From: a virus
Lineage: Duplodnaviria; Caudoviricetes
Reading direction: 5' to 3' (one strand)
Virus record (IMG/VR): IMGVR_UViG_3300029319_000066
Span: 1 to 54,454 of that record
Length of the DNA: 54,454 nucleotides
Numbering within the stretch: position 1 is the first letter of the stretch; each line of letters begins with the position of its first letter. The translations under genes were made by a program, and so were the position numbers. This document shows, piece by piece, positions 45,309 to 54,454 of this stretch. The notes under the pieces are model-generated. The model saw nothing but the letters and a program-made list of their open reading frames with translations, was not told the origin of the DNA and searched no databases.

Positions 45309-46039
45309 TAATGAACGCCTTCTTTATTGTCTTTCCAACGGGCATAAGCTGCTAACGCAATCCCCCCTATAGCGCACAAAAGAAAGATGGTTTTGAGACT
45401 GTCTGCGTAAGCAACTAAGCCCTGTAATTGACTAGCTACTTCATTCAGTCCTGTAGCCGCGCCAGCTATGCCAACACCTGCCATAGTTTTAGATTTGGTA
45501 AGAGATTTTGGATGTTCGGCTGTAGGTCTTTGTACCATATCAGGACCACCTACATCAGAAGGTAATTGAGCATCACGACTAAAAATAGCTGCTTCGGCTG
45601 TACGCCTTCTTGTTAGTCCTCTCAATGCTTGTAACTTACCGTCTACTCTTGCTTTATTCCATCTCATAATTTGTTCAGGACAAGCATCGTAGTCGCCTGC
45701 ATTTAGTTTTTTAAGAAGTGTTGAACTACGAAACGCACCACCACCTAAATTAAATACAAAAGAGACCAGTGCATCGTACTGGCCTTGAGTAAGCGGTACA
45801 TTTACGTATTTCTTAACTATTTTACCGTGTTCATCTAAATCGTGAACTAGTCTTTGTTCGGCTTCTTGAATGGTACATTTACTACCAGATCGAATACCTT
45901 TTGTTGCGCCATAACCTAGTGTCCATTTTCCAGCCGGACAACGATAGGCATGAACTAATCCATCGTTTTTTAATTTGTGTAAGCCTTCAAACTTTTTTAC
46001 AAGCTCTACACAGTTTTTTGATACTGTTGTTGGGTGCAT
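45308..46039 (-). CDS. Endolysin, GH24 phage lysozyme with C-terminal hydrophobic helices
   Basis: FEG...AYRCPAGKWTLGYG, QYDALVSFVFNLG and GLTRRRTAEA motifs. Confidence 0.92.
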   Translation of the reverse strand: MHPTTVSKNCVELVKKFEGLHKLKNDGLVHAYRCPAGKWTLGYGATKGIRSGSKCTIQEAEQRLVHDLDEHGKIVKKYVNVPLTQGQYDALVSFVFNLGGGAFRSSTLLKKLNAGDYDACPEQIMRWNKARVDGKLQALRGLTRRRTAEAAIFSRDAQLPSDVGGPDMVQRPTAEHPKSLTKSKTMAGVGIAGAATGLNEVASQLQGLVAYADSLKTIFLLCAIGGIALAAYARWKDNKEGVH

Positions 46040-46042
46040 ATT

Positions 46043-47797
46043 TTATCCTGTCATTGCGAAATTTGATGCGAAGCCAGTATTATTTCCACTACCTGCGCTC
46101 ATTGCTGGGCTAAGATTGCCCATTGATGTATTTGCTCCCTGAACAGTGGTTAATTTAGACAAGTTATTAAGTGCGTTATTTACGTTAATAACTTGGTTGC
46201 CTATTACTGCCCCTTGAGGATTAAAGGCTCTAAGCAATAGATTACCACTATTATCTATTGCCCGTGATATTGATGTACCATTTGCCATTACAGAGTTGCC
46301 TATTAATGCACCTGTATCGTCAAATGCTTCACCAAGTTGTTTAAACTCATTTCTCATATTTACGTCTAGATCAGTTTGATCTGCTGCTATTCTCGACATA
46401 TCACGGGTCTGCACAGCTAATTTCTTGTCTTGAATATTAAATCCTTGAGCAATAGCTGCTGTTGTAGCTTCTTCTGATGCTTTAGCTTCATCAAATCCTT
46501 GACTAATTTGGCCCATAAGTGATTGTTCGTAAGCTTCTGCATTACCAAGCATTTGATTAACGTCCATTTGTACTGCGCTAATCTCATTACCTTGACTATC
46601 AAGTTTTCGCTCAACAATAATACCCTGTTCATCCATAGTACGAGTAATTGTATTACCTTGATCATCAATCGCGTTGGATATTAAAGTACCGTTGTCATCA
46701 AAAGCATTAGCAAGTTGAGTATATTGAGCTTTTGTATCTGCCCCAATAGTGTCACCTACATTTTGGACAAGATCTCTAACATTACCTAATCTTACAGCTA
46801 AGTTTTGTTGTGCAATTTGATCGGCAGTAGAAGCATCTGTAAAACCAGTGCCTAGAGCATCTCCTAATTGTTGAAATCCTGTCTGTGTACCTTCTCCAAG
46901 ATTACCTATCTTTTGTTGAATATTTTGTTGGCCTGTAGCAGCTGCTTGAGCAAAAATTCCTAAATCATCACGTAAAGCTTCTGTTTGATTGGCTTGAGCT
47001 TCTGCTAAATCTGCCCTTGACTGTTGTGCTAGTGTTGTGTCTTGTCCATAACGATCTACATACGTATCAAAATCAGACATAAACTGGCCTTGATTAGCAA
47101 GCATCGTGTCTTGGTTGCCCATCATTTGTTCAGCATACACATCCTGAGTATTGGACATTGTATCTAAATCTTGTTGTATTTCTCCTTGACCACCTAATAC
47201 ATTGGCTTGAGTATCTGTTAGTTGTGTACTCATAGCATCTAAATTAGACGCTCTATCAGCTTCAGCATCTGTCATACTTGTATCTAGAGTATCAAACCTA
47301 CCAGTAGCATCAGCAAAGCCTGCGTCTATGGAACTTTGCGCTGTACCTAAGTCAGTACTAACCTCATTAACAGAGTCTTGAACTCCACTAAGATTACTAT
47401 CAACAGTATTAAATCTTCCAGTAATATCCGAAAAACCAGTATCTACAGATGTTTGCGTAGCTAAACCACCAACATTATCTTTCATAGCTTGAAGTAAATT
47501 ATCGTAATATGTTTTTCTATCTGCATTTGCAGCAGTTTGTGCGGATGAGATAGCATCTCCATAAGTACTTAAATTGTCACCTAAAGTAGTAAATCCAGTA
47601 TCAACCTTACTACCTACTCCACCTATAGAACCAGATAATCCAGATACATCCTGAGATATTCCCCCAAGTTGTTCACTGGCTCCTACAAAACCTTCTTCTA
47701 CTTGTTCGCCTACACCGCCTATGTTAGCAGTAAGCTCATCATATTGAGCATCACCAAGGCCAGTTTGGGTAACGTTTGTACTTCTATTAAAACTCAT
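46043..47797 (-). CDS. Internal virion protein (long helical, Gly/Gln/Asp-rich)
   Basis: 584 aa; two copies of AFDDxGxLIxNx...GxxIxR. Confidence 0.6.
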   Translation of the reverse strand: MSFNRSTNVTQTGLGDAQYDELTANIGGVGEQVEEGFVGASEQLGGISQDVSGLSGSIGGVGSKVDTGFTTLGDNLSTYGDAISSAQTAANADRKTYYDNLLQAMKDNVGGLATQTSVDTGFSDITGRFNTVDSNLSGVQDSVNEVSTDLGTAQSSIDAGFADATGRFDTLDTSMTDAEADRASNLDAMSTQLTDTQANVLGGQGEIQQDLDTMSNTQDVYAEQMMGNQDTMLANQGQFMSDFDTYVDRYGQDTTLAQQSRADLAEAQANQTEALRDDLGIFAQAAATGQQNIQQKIGNLGEGTQTGFQQLGDALGTGFTDASTADQIAQQNLAVRLGNVRDLVQNVGDTIGADTKAQYTQLANAFDDNGTLISNAIDDQGNTITRTMDEQGIIVERKLDSQGNEISAVQMDVNQMLGNAEAYEQSLMGQISQGFDEAKASEEATTAAIAQGFNIQDKKLAVQTRDMSRIAADQTDLDVNMRNEFKQLGEAFDDTGALIGNSVMANGTSISRAIDNSGNLLLRAFNPQGAVIGNQVINVNNALNNLSKLTTVQGANTSMGNLSPAMSAGSGNNTGFASNFAMTG

Positions 47798-47798
47798 T

Positions 47799-48269
47799 TT
47801 ATGCCCCTTTCACGGCTAGGAAGCCAACATCCCTATAGCCCATTCTTGTTAAAAATTTTTTATATCCAGTACCGTAAGCTTCTGTAGAAGCTCCGATTGA
47901 TATTTCTTCTGCGCCGTTGCTTTTGCCCCATTTTTCAAAAGCTAAAATCATTTGTTTTAATACTTTTGGAGCATATCTTCTGTATTGAGGTAAAATACAT
48001 ACAGCCCAATCACCTGCGTATTTCATATTGCTAAAATAATGTTCATCAACATAACCATGAAAATATCCAATTACTTTGTTATTATCTTTATTAAGTGCCA
48101 CAACTACGAACACTGGACTTTTAGGATTTAAGCTCATAGACAAAAGACGTTTAACTTTTTCTTCTTTATAAGTAAAAACTTTGTACCTTGAGTTTTCGTG
48201 TAGCCATTTTGCTATTTGTAGTACTGAAGGTAAGTCTGTGTCTCTAAGCCGTCTTACGTAAACGGTCAT
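47799..48269 (-). CDS. GNAT-fold protein at the head of the internal-virion operon
   Basis: VRRL..TDLP, VCILPQYR, FEKWGK..GA and RMGY motifs. Confidence 0.7.
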   Translation of the reverse strand: MTVYVRRLRDTDLPSVLQIAKWLHENSRYKVFTYKEEKVKRLLSMSLNPKSPVFVVVALNKDNNKVIGYFHGYVDEHYFSNMKYAGDWAVCILPQYRRYAPKVLKQMILAFEKWGKSNGAEEISIGASTEAYGTGYKKFLTRMGYRDVGFLAVKGA

Positions 48270-48302
48270 AAGTATCTAATTTTATAAATTTAATATGCAA
48301 TC

Positions 48303-48332
48303 ATTATAACACCTAATTAGGTGTTTTTGCAA
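48303..48332 (-). promoter_or_regulatory. Promoter with a perfect 18-bp palindrome over its spacer
   Basis: TTGCAA-18 bp-TATAAT; AACACCTAATTAGGTGTT at 48308-48325. Confidence 0.7.
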
Positions 48333-48337
48333 GTATA

Positions 48338-48865
48338 TTATGCCGCATCTTTAACAGCTTGAGGTGTAGCATCTACTACAGCCTGTGCTTCTGCACGTTC
48401 TGCTTTGTCTTTTGTAATAAGTGGGTTTTCTATTGTTTCCTGAGTAGGATCTGCCTCAAGGTCATCTGAGTACATCCACCGTGTGATTGTAGGCTCAACA
48501 GGATCAATCTTTGACTGAATAATAATTTCTTCAGTTTCATCTACCCATTCTTCTTTATCGTTTTGAACTTTCCTACCTGTATTCCTAGTTTCCTTGACTT
48601 CATCACGCCCTTTTTCAACTTCATACTGTGCTAGTCTAGCTGTGGCTGTTTTGTATTCTTTCAGTTGTTTAGCAAATAGTTTAGCATCAGCCGCTGCTTG
48701 TAGTTCAGTTGGGATGTCACCGTCAAAGCAGTCTGCGCCTTGTTCAATGATTGCGTCTAGGACTTCTTGATAGTGGCGGTTTGAAGGGTCTAGGGGGATG
48801 GAAAAAAAGTTGCTTGAGTTTATTGACTTAAATACACCGTCTATGTTGTTTGCTGTATATGCCAT
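48338..48865 (-). CDS. Tail fibre assembly/chaperone-like protein
   Basis: SIPLDPSNRHYQEV motif; follows a tail fibre gene. Confidence 0.55.
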   Translation of the reverse strand: MAYTANNIDGVFKSINSSNFFSIPLDPSNRHYQEVLDAIIEQGADCFDGDIPTELQAAADAKLFAKQLKEYKTATARLAQYEVEKGRDEVKETRNTGRKVQNDKEEWVDETEEIIIQSKIDPVEPTITRWMYSDDLEADPTQETIENPLITKDKAERAEAQAVVDATPQAVKDAA

Positions 48866-48866
48866 C

Positions 48867-50084
48867 TTATAACTCCGCTATAAATTCTAATCTAGCACCA
48901 CTGTCGCCGTTGCTTTCCAAAAATCCAACGTAGCCCACATTAGTCGTACTGGATAAAACCCACCTTACATCCACATCTGTAGTTGTCGCATCATTCACAG
49001 AAACGCTAGACAATGTCATGTTCGATAATCCCCCAGACAGTCTTTTCCATCTAAAGCCCGTCGAGGTAAAACTAGGGGCAGCCCTCATTGAAGGACTTAA
49101 ACGGAATGTCTGCACTAAACCAGTGGTGGTTAAGGCAGCGGTTAAGCCACCAATATAGTGATAGGTGTCAGCAACAGTATATTTCTGATAATACCGCTGA
49201 CACAACGCCAGTTCTTCGCCATAGCTGCGATGTTCAAAGGGGGTGGCGACTTTGCCTGTTTCAAGCTGCAATCCTGTGACGTAGAATACGTTTGAAGTAT
49301 TGTCTAAGAAATCAACGTAATCTGTGTAAGCCCCGGGAACACGGGCAGAGCTATAACCTTGCCACTGACTATCTGATACACCCGCCCTGTTAGCAGCAAC
49401 CGATAGATATATGTCTAGCAGTAAACCATAACTGTTGGTGAACTTAATATCAGCGGCTGTATTTCCTTGAATAGTGAAAACTACTTTTTGCCAAGCATTA
49501 GCTGTATGAACATCAAAATACGAACCCCAAACGTCAAAGCCAGAACTACTATCCTGTGTTATAATAGAAAACCCGTAGCGTCCTGTTTTGTTTGTATATA
49601 CCCAAAAAGAACACGTTAAATCTTTAGCGTCTGGCTCTCCATAAGCTAAATGCTGTAAGTCTTGACCTTCCAAGTATTGGGCGACAGATAAAAATCTTGT
49701 GCTACCTGATGCCATAGACCCGCCGTTTACAGTAGTACATGATAGCTTGAGTGATTTTGAAAACTCGCCATGTCCAGAAGGTGAACCTACCTGTTCCGCT
49801 GCCAAAGCACCGCCCATTCCGCTACCAAAGTCTATCTTCCACCGATCTACAGTAGAGTATCCTTCATTTGAGTTATCTGAGACAGTAACTGCCGAAGTCG
49901 ATCTCTGGGCAATGTTCATTGCACCATTATAAAAAAAGTTCTTCCGACCCGCATTGATAAGCTGAAACTGTTCCTGTGGTGTCTCAGCCCGTAGCATTGC
50001 TTCGCCTGCTATGCCTGTGGTCTTTTTTATGTCAGCTAATTCTGATCTAATATTAATGTTTGGTTTTGATACATTAACTGTCAT
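48867..50084 (-). CDS. Tail fibre / receptor-binding protein with carbohydrate-binding-like domain
   Basis: RKNFFYNGAMNIAQR...DRW...GLQLETGKVATPFEHRSYGEELALCQRYY. Confidence 0.8.
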   Translation of the reverse strand: MTVNVSKPNINIRSELADIKKTTGIAGEAMLRAETPQEQFQLINAGRKNFFYNGAMNIAQRSTSAVTVSDNSNEGYSTVDRWKIDFGSGMGGALAAEQVGSPSGHGEFSKSLKLSCTTVNGGSMASGSTRFLSVAQYLEGQDLQHLAYGEPDAKDLTCSFWVYTNKTGRYGFSIITQDSSSGFDVWGSYFDVHTANAWQKVVFTIQGNTAADIKFTNSYGLLLDIYLSVAANRAGVSDSQWQGYSSARVPGAYTDYVDFLDNTSNVFYVTGLQLETGKVATPFEHRSYGEELALCQRYYQKYTVADTYHYIGGLTAALTTTGLVQTFRLSPSMRAAPSFTSTGFRWKRLSGGLSNMTLSSVSVNDATTTDVDVRWVLSSTTNVGYVGFLESNGDSGARLEFIAEL

Positions 50085-50092
50085 GTTTGCTC

Positions 50093-52606
50093 CTAATCAT
50101 CTGCCACAAGACCATTGCTTGCGCTAATAGATACGCCAACGGCATTTGTTGTATTTGCTGTTCTGGAAAGTCCTTGAAAAGTTGATCTACCTGCTGAAGT
50201 TCCTACATGAAGTTCTTTGGTAATATCGTCATGTGCCAAGCCTGTTACCGTATCACTGCTACCATATAAAGTGGCTTTTGCATTTGTATTAAAAAGACGT
50301 TTTTCGTCTTCATACATTTTTTTAATTTGGTCTGGGGATGGGGCTGTGGCTGAAATGCGCCAAAGAGCTAAATATCCTCCAAAATGTGTTCCGTAATTGT
50401 GGCTTTGACCTAATAGTAATGGTGGTTTTTCTGACGTATCTGCCAAACTTGTATTTCCTTGGTTAGCAGTACCAATCAACTTTCCATCTACATACAGTTC
50501 CATCATACCACTACGGCGAATTGCAAAAACTTGTTGCCAATTAGATCCTGTGTGGGTGCTAGTTGTAGATATAGTAGTTCTACCAGTGGATTGAAAACCT
50601 TGAGTGTAAATAGCAAAAGTTAAAGTTGAATTAGAACCTGTGCTTATTAAAAATCCTGACCCTGCGCTATTGCTATTGCGAAGCCTATTAATAATAGGAT
50701 CACCAGAACTAGCAGATTTAAACCAACCTGATATACAAAAGTCACCAGTGAAATCTAAATGTGAATTATAAGGCTGAGATAAATAGTTGCCGTTAGAAGA
50801 GAACCCACTATAAGCCACCAAATCCGCACCAGTAGCTACAGCCGATTTGGTCACAGTTCCATATATTCGTAGACCATTTTGATATACTGAACGATCTTTT
50901 TCACTTACACTTAAACTTACATCATCATAATCTGTAGATGTTGACCCTTCAGACCCCATCATTAAATAAGTTGTTGTAGTTGTTGCTGTAAAACTAAAAG
51001 CTAAATAACCATTTGCTGTAGATCTTGAAGTTCCATATGTTCCCCAATCACTTCCTGTAGGAATTGCAGTACTGGCTGACAAAGTTGCGTAACTTCCATT
51101 ATTAGAAACGGTAGCTTCAAATACATAAGAAGTTCCGACTACCGTTGTAACTGCTAAATAAGCATTAGAATACCCACCATTATCTGCTACACGCAAAGCA
51201 TTACTTACTTGCGAAAGAGTAGCATTTGATGCAACCCAATTTCCTGTACCGCTTGTAAAAGTACTGTCGTCACCACTTAGAAGATTTGTATATGAAATAT
51301 CCGTAGTATCCGTATCAGATAGTGTACTAAGTTTATTATTTCCTATTTGCCATCCTGTATTGTAATCAGAAGCTATATAAGCATTCATTCCATTTGTATT
51401 ATCTTTAATGTCACTTTCACTAAGTTCATGTATAGTTAGACCATCTTGCCCGTCAAAATCATTAACAGTCTGAGCTGTAGTTGAAGTAACTATAGTTCTA
51501 GGCTCAATCGTAACTAATTTATCAGCATTGCCTAAAGGACGTGGAAAATTAAAAGCTGCCGTTCCATTGTCATTATCGGCCCAATAGTAATTTGCGTCTG
51601 AAGTGTTACTTAAATAAGATGAACTTTCTCCTACGCTAATATCTTTGTAAATACCATAATACAAAGGAGCCGTAACAACTAAGTTGCGCCCTAGCCACGC
51701 ACTTTTGTGCAAAGCATCCGCAGTAGTAGCTTTAGACACAGTAACACCATCATCTTTAATAATGGTAGCACCCCCACCAGTAGCAATCGCTATGGTTGGT
51801 ACAGGCAACCCCGTAGCAACATCAATAGGTGCATTGGGAAGAACGGTCATGGCTACATCGTTGACATATTGGTTTAAAATAGTATTAGCTACAACCCCAT
51901 CAAATCCCTTGCCTGAATTACGTTCAGCGATACTACCGTTATATCTACCCTTGTTTGCGTAACTGCTACTTGTAGTGTGCCTAAACGCACTGTCAGATAA
52001 GAAGTCAATTTCCGCTATACCTGCATCATTTGGCGCAAGACCTACCATTAACTTGCCATTAAGCATAGCTATGTTCATTCCTGTTCCGTGTGAACGTAAG
52101 ATTGAGTTAGCACTGTTATCAAAAGACATCCAAAGTGGCAGATCAGGGTCATCACCATCATATATGTTAGTCTCTGTCGCACTGCTATCAGCCACAATAA
52201 CAGCCACCGATGGAAACTCTTTACGAGAACCACGGGTGCTAGTGCTTAGGGTTTCATTATACCAAGAAGTATTCTGTGTTCTGTGTCTCCAAGCACCGCC
52301 ATCGCTATCTTTTGAAGTGTCGTAAACGAATACGTCTACGGCTGTGTCGCTAATGGTTGCGGATATGGCTGATACGTTTATTTCGCTTCCAGTTAACTTA
52401 CCTGTTATATCCCCTGTTACATTACCAGTTACGTTGCCAGTTACGTTACCAGTTAGAGGACCAGAGAAAGCAGCTCCTGTAGCCGTTCCTGTAAATGTTG
52501 GACTAGCGAGAGGTGCTGCTCCGACTACCTCAGCAACAGATATTTGACCATCTGCTAATTCAGCGTTGTCCGATATTAAGTCAGCTAATGTACGTGCCTT
52601 GCTCAT
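50093..52606 (-). CDS. Tail fibre/spike with LamG (concanavalin A-like) domain
   Basis: MSKARTLADL N-terminus, GNVTG repeats and DFCISGWFK...WQQVFAIRR...LYVDGKL. Confidence 0.8.
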   Translation of the reverse strand: MSKARTLADLISDNAELADGQISVAEVVGAAPLASPTFTGTATGAAFSGPLTGNVTGNVTGNVTGDITGKLTGSEINVSAISATISDTAVDVFVYDTSKDSDGGAWRHRTQNTSWYNETLSTSTRGSRKEFPSVAVIVADSSATETNIYDGDDPDLPLWMSFDNSANSILRSHGTGMNIAMLNGKLMVGLAPNDAGIAEIDFLSDSAFRHTTSSSYANKGRYNGSIAERNSGKGFDGVVANTILNQYVNDVAMTVLPNAPIDVATGLPVPTIAIATGGGATIIKDDGVTVSKATTADALHKSAWLGRNLVVTAPLYYGIYKDISVGESSSYLSNTSDANYYWADNDNGTAAFNFPRPLGNADKLVTIEPRTIVTSTTAQTVNDFDGQDGLTIHELSESDIKDNTNGMNAYIASDYNTGWQIGNNKLSTLSDTDTTDISYTNLLSGDDSTFTSGTGNWVASNATLSQVSNALRVADNGGYSNAYLAVTTVVGTSYVFEATVSNNGSYATLSASTAIPTGSDWGTYGTSRSTANGYLAFSFTATTTTTYLMMGSEGSTSTDYDDVSLSVSEKDRSVYQNGLRIYGTVTKSAVATGADLVAYSGFSSNGNYLSQPYNSHLDFTGDFCISGWFKSASSGDPIINRLRNSNSAGSGFLISTGSNSTLTFAIYTQGFQSTGRTTISTTSTHTGSNWQQVFAIRRSGMMELYVDGKLIGTANQGNTSLADTSEKPPLLLGQSHNYGTHFGGYLALWRISATAPSPDQIKKMYEDEKRLFNTNAKATLYGSSDTVTGLAHDDITKELHVGTSAGRSTFQGLSRTANTTNAVGVSISASNGLVADD

Positions 52607-52629
52607 GCGCTAGTCCTTCAGTTAATGGA

Positions 52630-52854
52630 TTAAGCGGCTTCCTCTACTGGTGGTTCTTCCAGTGATTTTGCCAACATATTAATGAATGCTTCTCGACCTA
52701 TTTTTAATTGGTCTAGATTAAATTGTGTGCTTGATAGTTTTCTATCTAAGTCAGTAATGTGGTTGATCATAATTTTTTGTTGATCAGTCATTCCTTCAAT
52801 TTCATATTCTTTTTCGTTTACAATAATTGTGGGTGCTTTTTCCTTTTTTCCCAT
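52630..52854 (-). CDS. Small tail-associated protein (putative chaperone)
   Basis: 74 aa coiled coil within the fibre cluster; SD AAGGA. Confidence 0.6.
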   Translation of the reverse strand: MGKKEKAPTIIVNEKEYEIEGMTDQQKIMINHITDLDRKLSSTQFNLDQLKIGREAFINMLAKSLEEPPVEEAA

Positions 52855-52892
52855 AATAATATCCTTAGTTAAATGTTATTTGGTCCAATTAA

Positions 52893-53147
52893 TTATTTTG
52901 GTGAATTATTTTCTAAATGTTGTGCATAGGCTGTTTTTACAGCGTCTGTGTGAACTATTCCACAAATTGCCTTTACGTCATCAGATTCCCCTGAAGTATC
53001 TGCATTAGGTGTAACTACATGACGATGAAAACTACGGCTAATCTCTATACCATCTCGTTTGATTACCGTAGCTGTACGCACATGAATGTGTTTAAATTCT
53101 CCTACAATTTCTATTTTATCTTCTATTTGTTCTTCTGTTAATGCCAC
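52893..53147 (-). CDS. Small tail-fibre-associated protein
   Basis: DKIEIVG...VRTATVIKRDG.EISRSFHRHV; SD AAGGAG with GTG start. Confidence 0.7.
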   Translation of the reverse strand: MALTEEQIEDKIEIVGEFKHIHVRTATVIKRDGIEISRSFHRHVVTPNADTSGESDDVKAICGIVHTDAVKTAYAQHLENNSPK

Positions 53148-53159
53148 TGTTTATCTCCT

Positions 53160-54454
53160 TTAAGGTACTTGGTATGTGCATGAAAAATAAAAATCATCGC
53201 CACCTGTTAAATTACTGGCCCCACCATTACCCATATAAACAGTTAATCGTGTAGTAGCTTCTGATATTTCCCAAGGTTGAACATGAGGATTACTTCCATC
53301 CCAATAAAATACTCCACCGCCACTACGACCAGAACCTTCAGTTAAATTACAAGAGGTGTACGGTAGATTATCAATAAAAAGATAATTTCCACCAGGACTT
53401 GATACACTTGCAGTAATAACCAAACCAAACACTGTAACAAGTCTTCCAACCCTAGTGTAAGACATTGTATTATACACAGAGTTCATAGTTACTGTGCCAC
53501 TGCTTAAAGTAAACGTAGGTTCAAAAGTTCCCTCTTCGTAGTGATCTAAAAGAGTGCTAGAAGCTGAAGCTGGTGATGAAGCTGTAGCATGACCAAACTC
53601 AATACCACCACTAGCCCCTAATTTTACTCTGTTATCGAGATAAAGGTCTTTAAAGGAAGAAGCACCTGGTATACCAAGGTCTACTGTACCGTTTGTAGTA
53701 CCCCCAGAATTGTCTACAGGGAATACATATCCTTCACCAAAACGTAATCCTGTATGGCTTGCTTCAGTGCTATAAATAAGTAAATCACCACCTGAAGCAC
53801 TTATATTTCCCACAGAGTTGAACGAGACCGTACCATTGCTGTCGATGGTCATACGAGCAGTATTATTCGTAGCAAATACCACTGGTTTTTCATTGCGAGT
53901 ACCGATTTCAAGTGAATTGACACCAAATCCTTCAATTCGCCCCGGATAAGCAGTTCCAGCCCAGCCAGTAAGACTAGCATCTCCAGTATAAATATAAAGA
54001 TTTTCAGAAGAACTTGTTGTACGCGTGACTTGTATTCCATTTATCCCTGCCCCATTTGAGGCTGGAGCAGCACTGTTGTCACCTAGAACAGTAAGTCGTG
54101 AGGGTGGGTTGTTATCACCAATTCCGACATTTCCCATAAAGTAGCCACCACCAGTAGTGTTTATTTCAGCTTTAACACTGGTGCTATCTTCCATTTTCAA
54201 AAAGAAACGATTGGTTACGTTTGGTGTGTTGTTTGGAAAATTTATTAGAACGCCTTGAGGTATACTAGTTGCTGTATTTACAAACTCGGCAACAAGACCA
54301 CCAGAGTTGTCTGATTCAACGTCTAAAGCATAGGTAGGACTAGTGCCAATTCCAACTTTATTATCGTCAGAAAAAGTTACTGCTGAATTGCCTGTTGATG
54401 TGCCTGTACCAGAGTTGTAAAACTTTAAATCTCCGTTTGCATTTACACCTAAAC
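53160..54454 (-). CDS. Long tail fibre, C-terminal part (same gene as 1..2709)
   Basis: In frame through the junction (...SDDN/KVGIGTSPTYALDV...); VGIG repeats, LDHYEEGTFEPT and YTRVGRLVTV motifs. Confidence 0.85.
   Translation of the reverse strand, partial: LGVNANGDLKFYNSGTGTSTGNSAVTFSDDNKVGIGTSPTYALDVESDNSGGLVAEFVNTATSIPQGVLINFPNNTPNVTNRFFLKMEDSTSVKAEINTTGGGYFMGNVGIGDNNPPSRLTVLGDNSAAPASNGAGINGIQVTRTTSSSENLYIYTGDASLTGWAGTAYPGRIEGFGVNSLEIGTRNEKPVVFATNNTARMTIDSNGTVSFNSVGNISASGGDLLIYSTEASHTGLRFGEGYVFPVDNSGGTTNGTVDLGIPGASSFKDLYLDNRVKLGASGGIEFGHATASSPASASSTLLDHYEEGTFEPTFTLSSGTVTMNSVYNTMSYTRVGRLVTVFGLVITASVSSPGGNYLFIDNLPYTSCNLTEGSGRSGGGVFYWDGSNPHVQPWEISEATTRLTVYMGNGGASNLTGGDDFYFSCTYQVP
54360..54454. 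repeat. Terminal 95-bp direct repeat (copy 2)
   Basis: Identical to 1-95. Confidence 0.95.

Noticed and set aside
37199-54040. Plus-strand and off-frame ORFs in the virion/tail arm
   Set aside because: Shadow frames of long structural genes

Overview
The window is an apparently complete, circularly permuted dsDNA phage genome. Bases 1-95 are identical to 54360-54454, giving 54,359 bp non-redundant, and a ~1302-aa tail fibre gene runs across the junction. The family-A DNA polymerase carries a DnaJ-type zinc-finger insertion (two CxxCxGxG motifs). Together with the primase, helicase, class II RNR, MazG-like, integrase and podovirus-type head/tail modules, this fits the HMO-2011-type marine podoviruses of Alphaproteobacteria (recognised from family knowledge, not a database search). 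Layout: a minus-strand morphogenesis arm (about 19.3 kb down to 1, continuing from 54.36 kb down to 35.8 kb), an AT-rich non-coding gap (19.3-20.1 kb), a short leftward early cluster (20.1-22.0 kb) and a plus-strand early/replication arm (22.3-35.6 kb). The phage looks temperate: it has a tyrosine integrase and an attP matching the 3' half of a tRNA-Asn, flanked by IHF boxes, but I see no CI-like repressor. Main observations: (1) a putative ~80-nt sRNA at 35.71-35.79 kb whose 10-nt hairpin loop is complementary to a GGACCAA(UYA) element at the translation starts of several early genes, including the helicase; (2) a recurring [FM]xxGG[LMI] peptide tag shared by head-region cargo proteins and a tiny basic peptide, next to a tape-measure-like DDIxAxLSxxEYV domain; (3) a 905-aa polyvalent protein with an HhH-GPD glycosylase-like domain, plus an early ABC-ATPase/GNAT fusion; (4) two palindromic operator families at sigma70-like promoters; (5) several micro-ORFs missed by the ORF track. 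All functional calls are by-eye motif recognition.
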